A stretch of 45,689 bases of DNA from Spirochaetia bacterium. GTDB taxonomy: Bacteria > Spirochaetota > Spirochaetia > Treponematales > Treponemataceae. The stretch lies in contig CAAGIZ010000208.1 in NCBI GenBank assembly GCA_900770075.1, forward strand, positions 1-45,689, given 5' to 3'. The position numbers and the translations under genes were made by a program. Positions within the stretch are counted from its first letter, which is position 1. The number at the start of each line of letters is the position of its first letter. The notes beneath the pieces were generated by a model. That model did not search any database, was not told the origin of the DNA, and worked only from the letters and a program-made list of their open reading frames with translations. Positions 9,709 to 17,254 of the stretch are shown here, piece after piece.

Positions 9709-9801
9709 TGTTCCTCCTGTATATTATTTTCTTCCATCTAAGTTGAGCATTTCTGCCTGTTTTGCAGACAGTAAAAAAATCTTTTTAAAAATCAAATCCA
9801 T

Positions 9802-11037
9802 CTAGGACTGCTTTTCTAGAATATCCATAAGAATCCTGTATACTTCAGATGAGGCTTTTCCCCTATTCTCCCAGGCTTCATCTCTTATCCGGTTTCTTGC
9901 AGCTTCCAGTTCAGTGCTTTCAATGGTCTTGTCGATAATGCTTTTTATGCCGGAAAAATCTTCTCTCTTTAACTGAACTCCAATTTTCCCAAGAATCTGC
10001 ATTTCCCATAAAGGTTCTTCCAGCCAGTCTATGTCGTAAGGTGATTTGTCAAAATTTGTATCCGCATAGATAAAAGGCCTGTCAAAGACAAGCGCATAAT
10101 CAAACATTACCCCGGAAAAATCAGTAATCATTATGTCAGCATTTTTCAAAACTTCAAAATTGTCGTTGTCGTAATTCCATTCAAAACAGGCATATTTTTC
10201 CTGAAGCGGTTTTAAAATATGCTGTTCGCTTACAACAGACTGGGGATGAGGCCGCACAATAACCTTGTAGCCAGTATTTTTCAGTGCATTTAAAAACTCA
10301 TCACCGAATTTAGAAAGAATGCTGCTTTTTCCCCAGGAAGGTGCAACAAGGACAATCTTTTCGCCTTTTTTTTGTGTGTTCGGCGACTCATCAAGCCGTT
10401 TTTTCATGGCATCAAGATAAGTACAGCCTGCAGCAAAAAACTCTTTTTGTTTTATGGAAGGACGAAGCTCTTCAATCTTTCTCATGGAAGAAAGCTGATT
10501 TATTCCTGTTCCCAAAACCACATCGTAATGGTCAAGACCAAACATTCTGTAACCCGCCAAATCTGAAACTGAATGAGGTATGTGAACATAAGTTTTTACA
10601 AATTTGCTTCTCTTCCATTGATAGACATCGAGCCCAGGTGTCGTTGCAAGCACTATGTCGGCATGCAGAAAATTGAGCTTTGCAAACCCCTTGTTTCCTT
10701 CGCCGATGAATTCTGTCTCTACAAATTTGTAATCCTGAGACAACGCAGGATCGTCCTTGCTCTGGGTCAGATACAATATTTTAACGCCGTGGTTCTCAAA
10801 CTCATCGCAAACAGGCTTAAAAACATTCCAATAACGCTTGTGATCGCTAAAGACAACTATCGAAACAGTTTTTGAATCGGATCCCCCTTCTTTTTTTCCA
10901 CCGGAAAGCAGAAACTTAACTTTCAAGAACAGAGCCCTAAAACCAAAGGTCGCAGCCGCAGCAATTCCTATAAAAAGAGAAAAAAGCATACTTCCCGTAC
11001 CAGGGTCAATGTAAAGCGGAAGAAACTGCAAAGCCAT
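9802..11037 (-). CDS. CDP-glycerol:glycerophosphotransferase (TagF/TagB)-like protein with an N-terminal YIDPGTGS membrane helix
   Basis: VLVAPSWG, VRPHP and ADIMITDFSGVMFDY motifs typical of the family; His in VHIPHS. TAATG overlap with the upstream gene. Confidence 0.8.
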   Translation of the reverse strand: MALQFLPLYIDPGTGSMLFSLFIGIAAAATFGFRALFLKVKFLLSGGKKEGGSDSKTVSIVVFSDHKRYWNVFKPVCDEFENHGVKILYLTQSKDDPALSQDYKFVETEFIGEGNKGFAKLNFLHADIVLATTPGLDVYQWKRSKFVKTYVHIPHSVSDLAGYRMFGLDHYDVVLGTGINQLSSMRKIEELRPSIKQKEFFAAGCTYLDAMKKRLDESPNTQKKGEKIVLVAPSWGKSSILSKFGDEFLNALKNTGYKVIVRPHPQSVVSEQHILKPLQEKYACFEWNYDNDNFEVLKNADIMITDFSGVMFDYALVFDRPFIYADTNFDKSPYDIDWLEEPLWEMQILGKIGVQLKREDFSGIKSIIDKTIESTELEAARNRIRDEAWENRGKASSEVYRILMDILEKQS

Positions 11038-13775
11038 TATTTTACATCCCCAACATTATTTTCTTTCCACTGCAAAAGAGGAATCCAGTTTTCAGGAATA
11101 AAGATGTCATCTTTTACAAACCATCCTCTTTTTTCATCAAGGGTAAACTGAGTCTTCCTTAAAAGCTGATCAGCATGATGCTCGCCGTTAGAGAGTGGGA
11201 AAAGAACTATACCGTTGTACCCCCCCCCTTCAATTTTTTTCCGCACAAGTTCTTTGCCAGTAAATGGATTTACCTTTACTGCTTCCGATATGTTTTCCAG
11301 TGCAAGAAGAGGAACATCAGCATTAGTCATAAAGGCATAATCATTTTTCAATTCAGACTTAGAACCAAAATCCTTGAACAAAAGAAGCGGATTGTAGGCT
11401 GCAGGAATTCCTGGATTTTCAAAACTGCTAAAAGCATCTGTCTTAACTGCTGCACCGTGGTCAGCAACGATGATTATTCTTGAATTGTCGTAAACATCAT
11501 TTTCCTTCAGAAAATCCAAAAACTTTGCAACCTGTGTAAGGGCGGCGGCATTAACCTTGTAATGTGACTGCTCAAAACCAGCTTTTTCTTCTGAAATTCT
11601 CAGCAAATCATCAGTCAGGTTGTGGGGTTCGTGAGGAGTATCCGAATCAATAAAAAGGTAATTGTCCGTTTCTGAAGAAAAGTCGGTCTGCTTGTCCAGA
11701 TAGTAAAGACTTGAGAAAATGTTGTAATAGTTTCTGTCGTCCCTCTGGTCAAATGCTATGCAGAGCCTGTAGAAAGTTGAACGCAGCGGCGGATAAAGGG
11801 TTTGCAGAACCAGAAAGTTTCTTATCTCTTTACGGCAAACCTTGTCAGCCTCATTGTTTACAACCCCGCCTTTCATACCGATTTCCTTAAAATAACAATC
11901 AGTATATTTTCCGAAAGTTGAATAAGCCTTCATCTGAGGATATTTTTCAAAAGGAGTCAAATCCTGTTCGTGAGCATAGTTGCACCATGGAGGGTCAGAA
12001 ACGGTAACCGAAAATCCTGCATCCTCAAAAATTTTAGGAAGCATCAGAATTGCCTCGTTATGTTTTTCTCTCAGAAGCTCACTTCTTCTCACGTTCATTT
12101 CCGAAGGAGAATACTCGTAGCCACCCATCATTGCAGGAGCCGCAAGAGAAGTATGGGTCGAAAAACTCAATGTATTAGGGTAATAGGTAAAGCCAGAAAA
12201 AGATTTCTTTTTTTCAGGGTATTCATCAAGAAATTTAGGAAAATAGGAACTTATTGCCCTGTCTAAAAACAAAACGATTACGTTTTTCCTATTTTTTGAA
12301 AGATGATAGATTTTTTCAAATTTTTCAGGGCTGTTCGTATCGGAAGAAGAAACAATGCTTTTTTCGTGGTTTTCACGGTGAACAGCAAAGGCCTTTTTTA
12401 TGTAATTTGTTTTCGTTATGCCGAAAGCGACTTCTGCCAGAACGATGGAAAATATACAGACATTCAGAATGGAAATTTTCTTCATTCTTGAAGCCAAAAC
12501 ATAAACGGCAAATGCCGCAGCAGGTACAAGCAATGGCAAAAAAACAAAGAAAGAAGAAAAATTCTTCAATACTTTGTCATTCTCAAGGGTAAACCCTACG
12601 CTTAAATTTCCGTAGGCATATTTAAAAATGTAGACGTTGGCAAGTGCACATGCAAGCAGGATAAAAAAAAGTCCCGGTAAAACCCGCTTTACTTTTTCGC
12701 CAAACATCCTGTAAACCGCACCCGGCCAAAAGACAAAAAAGCCTGCAAAAACAAAAAAAGAAGACCATATATAGCTTACGGGACTTTCCGTATCTCCCAA
12801 AAAGGAAAATTCAACAGGACTTGAAGCGATGATACTTGAAGAAAGCGTAAATCCCAAAAGAACAGCCAGAGCAGTTCCAGAAAGGGCAAGCAAAGGATAT
12901 CCAGAAAGAACAGTTTTTTCATCTGTTTCAAAACGCATAAAAAAACGTTTGTATAATAATGGAAGAAAAGTAACAAAAAGCGAAAAAACTACAATGCACA
13001 GTTTTTTTGCCGGATTCCCATGCCTGGAAAGTATGAACAAGGTAACAAGCCAGCACAGAAGGCTTATGGCACCATGCGCTATTCTTCCCGGATTTTTCAT
13101 TTTCATAACAATATTCTTAAATAACGAAAACGTGTTATTCAAAATCCAGTATATAACCAGTCCGCTGGGAGAATTGTACAAGAGAACAAGAAAAATCACG
13201 GCAACAACATAAAGCTGTGCCTTCTCCCTGAAAGGAGCTTCTTTCGTATAGATTGCACCGCTTACAAAGTTAATCAGCGTCATCAAAACGGGAAGAATGT
13301 GAATTCCGAAAACAAAGGACCCCAGTTTTATCGAAAAAAACTCATCAGGGGCGCCAAGATCACTAAAAATCCAAAAACTTGCCCCTCGAAGAGCCTCATT
13401 ATTGCTTAGATAGTGATAGGCTGCAATAAAAAAAGGAATTTCAATAAGGATTGAAAGAGAACTTCTCAGAACATAAAGAGGATGATAGTTATTCTGCCTG
13501 TAATACTCAGAAAGCATCATAAACTGCTCGTCACCCTTAAAAGTCTTTTTTATTCTTTTAACACGGAATTCAAGAGCTTTTGCAATTTTCCGTTCCTTTT
13601 CCTGTAGACGATCGGCAATGTTGTAAAGAGGGAGTGCCAGAAAATTTATAGCAAGGCTTACTCCAAGAACCGCCCCCATAACACCGATTGAACTTATTTT
13701 GTTAAGGATAAAGTTAAACACCCAGTCTACAATGGTTTCAATTGGGGAAATAATGACATAATATAAAAAATTCAA
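11037..13775 (-). CDS. Fusion of a YidC/Oxa1-like domain, extra TM helices and an alkaline-phosphatase/sulfatase-superfamily (LtaS-like) domain
   Basis: N-terminal ALPLY...YYRQNNYHPL...IEIPFF...SFWIFSDLGAPD...ILPVLM...PSGLVIYW. C-terminal NVIVLFLD, STHTS, TPHEP, IIVADHG, TNADVP. TTG start with GAGG SD. Confidence 0.8.
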   Translation of the reverse strand: MNFLYYVIISPIETIVDWVFNFILNKISSIGVMGAVLGVSLAINFLALPLYNIADRLQEKERKIAKALEFRVKRIKKTFKGDEQFMMLSEYYRQNNYHPLYVLRSSLSILIEIPFFIAAYHYLSNNEALRGASFWIFSDLGAPDEFFSIKLGSFVFGIHILPVLMTLINFVSGAIYTKEAPFREKAQLYVVAVIFLVLLYNSPSGLVIYWILNNTFSLFKNIVMKMKNPGRIAHGAISLLCWLVTLFILSRHGNPAKKLCIVVFSLFVTFLPLLYKRFFMRFETDEKTVLSGYPLLALSGTALAVLLGFTLSSSIIASSPVEFSFLGDTESPVSYIWSSFFVFAGFFVFWPGAVYRMFGEKVKRVLPGLFFILLACALANVYIFKYAYGNLSVGFTLENDKVLKNFSSFFVFLPLLVPAAAFAVYVLASRMKKISILNVCIFSIVLAEVAFGITKTNYIKKAFAVHRENHEKSIVSSSDTNSPEKFEKIYHLSKNRKNVIVLFLDRAISSYFPKFLDEYPEKKKSFSGFTYYPNTLSFSTHTSLAAPAMMGGYEYSPSEMNVRRSELLREKHNEAILMLPKIFEDAGFSVTVSDPPWCNYAHEQDLTPFEKYPQMKAYSTFGKYTDCYFKEIGMKGGVVNNEADKVCRKEIRNFLVLQTLYPPLRSTFYRLCIAFDQRDDRNYYNIFSSLYYLDKQTDFSSETDNYLFIDSDTPHEPHNLTDDLLRISEEKAGFEQSHYKVNAAALTQVAKFLDFLKENDVYDNSRIIIVADHGAAVKTDAFSSFENPGIPAAYNPLLLFKDFGSKSELKNDYAFMTNADVPLLALENISEAVKVNPFTGKELVRKKIEGGGYNGIVLFPLSNGEHHADQLLRKTQFTLDEKRGWFVKDDIFIPENWIPLLQWKENNVGDVK

Positions 13776-14051
13776 AATTAGTCCTCAAAGATGTAACTTT
13801 TTCATAATATTTTTTGTTTAAATTTTTTAAACACTTTTTTTATACTACATCAAAGACTATAAAATTAAAAGTGAAATTTATCTTGAATTTGTCAATTTTG
13901 TACAAAAAAACAATTTTCAGATTTTTTATCAAAAAAAATAAAAATTCCGCTCAGAAAGCCCCAAACTGCCTGAAAACTTACATTTTTAGTGTCATCCCAA
14001 CTACAATCCCTTCCTCCCTATTCAGCCACCAAACTCCCCCCCACACAAACA

Positions 14052-14804
14052 TCATCCACCAAACACTCTCTGAGCCTCCTCCAGACTCTCCAAATTCCCA
14101 ATGTCGTGCCTTTTCCCCGGCATAAGCCAGGCATGCACGGTCTTTTCCCTGCAAAACCAGGAAATAAAGTCGCCGGGTGCATCCGTTCCGCATGGAATTT
14201 TTCCCTCTGCGTCTTTTGTACAGGCTTTTTTTATAAAAGGCAAATCTTCCTTCCTGTAAACATAAAATGGAGGTACCGCCCAATGACTTTCAGGTTCCGC
14301 CGGTTTTTCCTGCATCTTTAGAACCCGGTCATCGCTGTCAATTACAGCAACCCCAGTCCGCCTGAGCCTTTCCCGGCTTTCCTCAAAATGTCTCATTATG
14401 CAGGCAGATTTTTTTTCATTAAAATAATCCACAAAGCCCTTCAGAGAAAAGTCCAGAATATTATCCCCCGCAAGAACCAGAACATCCTCATTTAAAGCAC
14501 ATTTTTCAATTGCAAAAAGTATGTCACGGACAGCCCCGATTCGGTTTTCATTTTCCGTAGAACCGTCGTCAATCACAGTAACAGCGTGCTTGAAAGAACG
14601 GTTGTTTTTCCATTCTTCAAAAATTGTAACAAATTTATGGTTAGAAACAATAATGTGCTCATCAATTCCGTCAATACAATCTATGTCGTCAATCAGCCTG
14701 TCCAAAATAGTGGTTTTTCCAACTTTCAGCAGGGGTTTTGGAAAATTTTCAGTCAAAGGATAAAGCCGGGTGGCATAGCCTGCAGCAAGTATTATGGATT
14801 TCAT
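14052..14804 (-). CDS. Sugar-1-phosphate nucleotidyltransferase
   Basis: ILAAGYATRLYPLT..PKPLL, LAGDN, EKP and DIG motifs. Confidence 0.88.
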   Translation of the reverse strand: MKSIILAAGYATRLYPLTENFPKPLLKVGKTTILDRLIDDIDCIDGIDEHIIVSNHKFVTIFEEWKNNRSFKHAVTVIDDGSTENENRIGAVRDILFAIEKCALNEDVLVLAGDNILDFSLKGFVDYFNEKKSACIMRHFEESRERLRRTGVAVIDSDDRVLKMQEKPAEPESHWAVPPFYVYRKEDLPFIKKACTKDAEGKIPCGTDAPGDFISWFCREKTVHAWLMPGKRHDIGNLESLEEAQRVFGG

Positions 14805-14828
14805 TTTTCAACTCCAGATTGATTTTTT

Positions 14829-14965
14829 ACGGGCGTTTCCCCTCACATCCGTTCGGGACCGCTATGTCCGCCCTTCGCTTTGCGCTCATTCAGGAGATTT
14901 CTGAGTTTCCTTCGCAAACTCAGAAATCTCCTGAACGCCTTCGGCGGGGCTACCAGCGCTAACGC
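14829..14965. repeat. Structured intergenic element, copy A (four-way junction in a Flavo-1-like frame)
   Basis: ACGGGCGTT...TCC-GCCC-TTC-GC(tttgc)GC-TCA-[perfect 20-bp stem 14889-14935]-CGCC(ttc)GGCG-GGGC-TACC...AACGC. Confidence 0.8.
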
Positions 14966-14973
14966 AAACTCCG

Positions 14974-16149
14974 TCAGTTTATTCCGTCTGCTGTCTTGCA
15001 GAAAACAATGTTAAACCGGGAAGTAAGTTCCGGAAACCTCTTTAAATATTCAGACCGTATTTTCGCTTCCACAGCGACTTTTTTTGCAGGATCCACAATA
15101 GCCATGGCACAGCCGTTAAAGCCGGCACCGCTAAAGCGTCCGCCGTAAATTCCATCTGTATCTTCCATTATATCCTGCAAAACTTTCAATTCATCGCTTC
15201 CAGTTTCATATTTTTCTATGGAAGACCTTCCGCTTTCAAAAATCAGCCTGCCGAACTCTTTCAAATCTCCGCTCTGAAAAGCCTTAACACCTTTTTTTAC
15301 CCGCTCATTTTCCGAATAAAAATGATCAGCCCTCTTTGCCCAGTTGGCAGGAAGCCTGTCCCTGTACTGCAAAAAAACACCGTAAGGCACATCCCTCAAA
15401 AAAGAATCAGCGAATTTTCCGTATTCAATATGGGAAAAACCTTTTAGAGCATAGCTGGCAGCCTTGCACTCATCCACCCGCATATTATAGGCAGAACTGG
15501 CAAGTTTTCTTTCCAACCCGGAAAAAATCACCGCAATTTCAAAATCCGGCATAGATTCCGGGATTTTTATCAGTTTTGCAGAATCAGTTTTTGTGTCCAG
15601 ATAAAGCAGGTTGTTTTTTCTGGAAAAAATTTCGCAGCTTTGATCCAGCTTGCCTACATTTACGCCAATAAAATTTCTCTCTGCATCCAGAGCAAGGTTT
15701 AAAAGTTCTACAGAAGTAAGGTTTATGTCGTTTACAAAAGCCAAAGCTTTTAGATATGTTAAAAGCACGCTGGCAGAAGAAGAAAGTCCTCCCCCCAAAA
15801 CAGCACCCGAAACAACCCCCTTAACACCTTTTGTCAGGATGTATGATTTTTTTAACACGTAAGCGGCTGCAAAAAGATAATCCGCCCAGGTATACTGTCT
15901 TTCATACTCTTCGTTGAAATTTCCTAAGGCAGAGCCTTCAAAATTTTCAGAATAAACTTCTACTTCACAGTTATCTGCCTCAAAAAAAGAAAATTTTGTT
16001 CCCTTGTCAATTGCAAAACCAGTAACAAGCCCCAGCTGGTGATCTACATGGGCACCTAAAGGGCAAACCCTGTAAGGACAGAAAAAATCATGAACTTTTT
16101 CAGCATTTTCATTATTTTTGATAAATGACTTTATTTCTTCTTTGGACAT
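14974..16149 (-). CDS. GHMP sugar-1-kinase, galactokinase family, most like plant galacturonokinase
   Basis: PYRVCPLGAHVDHQ, GGGLSSSAS, GKLDQ and GGRFSGAGFNGC motifs. Confidence 0.8.
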   Translation of the reverse strand: MSKEEIKSFIKNNENAEKVHDFFCPYRVCPLGAHVDHQLGLVTGFAIDKGTKFSFFEADNCEVEVYSENFEGSALGNFNEEYERQYTWADYLFAAAYVLKKSYILTKGVKGVVSGAVLGGGLSSSASVLLTYLKALAFVNDINLTSVELLNLALDAERNFIGVNVGKLDQSCEIFSRKNNLLYLDTKTDSAKLIKIPESMPDFEIAVIFSGLERKLASSAYNMRVDECKAASYALKGFSHIEYGKFADSFLRDVPYGVFLQYRDRLPANWAKRADHFYSENERVKKGVKAFQSGDLKEFGRLIFESGRSSIEKYETGSDELKVLQDIMEDTDGIYGGRFSGAGFNGCAMAIVDPAKKVAVEAKIRSEYLKRFPELTSRFNIVFCKTADGIN

Positions 16150-16171
16150 ACTTCCATTATATCATTATAAT
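16143..16171. promoter_or_regulatory. Back-to-back overlapping sigma-70 promoters for the kinase (-) and GT8 (+), both probably leaderless
   Basis: Minus strand: TGaTATAAT (16156-16164), 6 nt before ATG 16149. Plus strand: TGGACA-17-TATAAT (16143-16171), 7 nt before ATG 16179. Confidence 0.65.
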
Positions 16172-16178
16172 TTCAAAT

Positions 16179-17198
16179 ATGAAATATGTTTACGTTTTAA
16201 CCTCAACTGCAGCAGACCTGTACTACGAACAGGCATTGATGTCCGCCTATTCCCTCAGAAAACAGATGCCGGATTCCGAAATAATCTTTCTTGTAGACGA
16301 CAAGACTGAAAAATCCTTTACAGAAGAAAACAGACGCCTTGCCCTAAAAAATTACGCTTCCAGAATAATCTCAGTTCCTTTTGAGGCGGACGTTCCAAAC
16401 ATCGACCGTTCCCGCCTCATCAAAACTTCAATTCCACAGTACGTAGAAGGCTCTTTTCTTTACATCGACTGCGATACCATAATCTGCGAGGATTTAAGCG
16501 ACATAGAAAAGGAACAGGCTGTAACAGCCGGTGTTCTGGACGGACACTGCCTGCTAGATGAGCATATTCACAAAAAGTACTTTCTCCAGAGAGACAAAAA
16601 ACTGGGCTTTTCCGGTACAAAAAAAGCCGGCTATAACATAAACGGCGGGCTGATTCTGGCAAAGGCAGATACACCGGAACAAAAAGAGCAGACAGTTTCT
16701 CTTTTCAAAGAATGGAACCAGTGCTGGAAGTATTCGGCCTACCAGAAAAAAGACAAGCACGACCAGTCCGCCCTCAACGAAGCAAATTTCAGGACAGGAT
16801 TAAAGATGCAGCTTCTGGACGGAAAGTGGAACTGTCAGCTGAGCCACGGCGGTCTAGCCTTCTTAAAAGATGCAAAGATAATCCATTACTATTCAAGCGA
16901 GTTTTCAGGAAAAAGCTATCTGCCGTATTACAGGCTTGCAGACAAAAAAATTCTAGAACAGATAAAAGAATGTGGTGACATTCCCGAGGAAATAAAGGAA
17001 ATGATAGACAATCCAAAGTTTCAGTTCAACAGTGTACACCTAATAAATGACCAGCGGGTTGTAAGCATAATGCAATCACCACTGCTTTTTACCATTGCCG
17101 ACCTGAAAGCCCATTGCCCGACCCTCTTCAATTTTCTGGAAGCCGTCTGTGCCAGTTTACGCAGGCTGGGTAAACTTCTAAAAGGCAATAAAAAATAA
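16179..17198 (+). CDS. Glycosyltransferase, GT8-like
   Basis: LYIDCDT (DxD), NGG, DQSALN, WNCQ, IIHY. Start moved to ATG 16179 (MKYVYVLTS). Confidence 0.75.
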   Translation: MKYVYVLTSTAADLYYEQALMSAYSLRKQMPDSEIIFLVDDKTEKSFTEENRRLALKNYASRIISVPFEADVPNIDRSRLIKTSIPQYVEGSFLYIDCDTIICEDLSDIEKEQAVTAGVLDGHCLLDEHIHKKYFLQRDKKLGFSGTKKAGYNINGGLILAKADTPEQKEQTVSLFKEWNQCWKYSAYQKKDKHDQSALNEANFRTGLKMQLLDGKWNCQLSHGGLAFLKDAKIIHYYSSEFSGKSYLPYYRLADKKILEQIKECGDIPEEIKEMIDNPKFQFNSVHLINDQRVVSIMQSPLLFTIADLKAHCPTLFNFLEAVCASLRRLGKLLKGNKK

Positions 17199-17214
17199 CT
17201 TCCCACCACCACAA

Positions 17215-17254
17215 AAAAAAATGCTGATTGCACCGACACAATCAGCATTTTTTT
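17215..17254. terminator. Bidirectional intrinsic terminator (GT8 / cimA)
   Basis: AAAAAAATGCTGATTG ... CAATCAGCATTTTTTT. Confidence 0.85.

Noticed and set aside
11037..13775. Housekeeping yidC or a true sulfatase
   Set aside because: Degenerate YidC motifs and wrong genomic context; no C/SxPxR formylglycine motif.
13814..14321. Several ~100-aa ORFs around the AT-rich/G-skewed spacer
   Set aside because: Low-complexity translations that overlap the nucleotidyltransferase; no SD or motifs.
14870..14950. Hammerhead ribozyme reading of the junction element (minus strand ...CTGAATGA-GC..GC-GAAG)
   Set aside because: No copy has CUGANGA plus GAAA plus NUH, and the bases that would form the core are paired in P3 and vary between copies.
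14974..16149. Canonical galK
   Set aside because: Lacks the GRVNLIGEHTDY signature; no galT or galE nearby.
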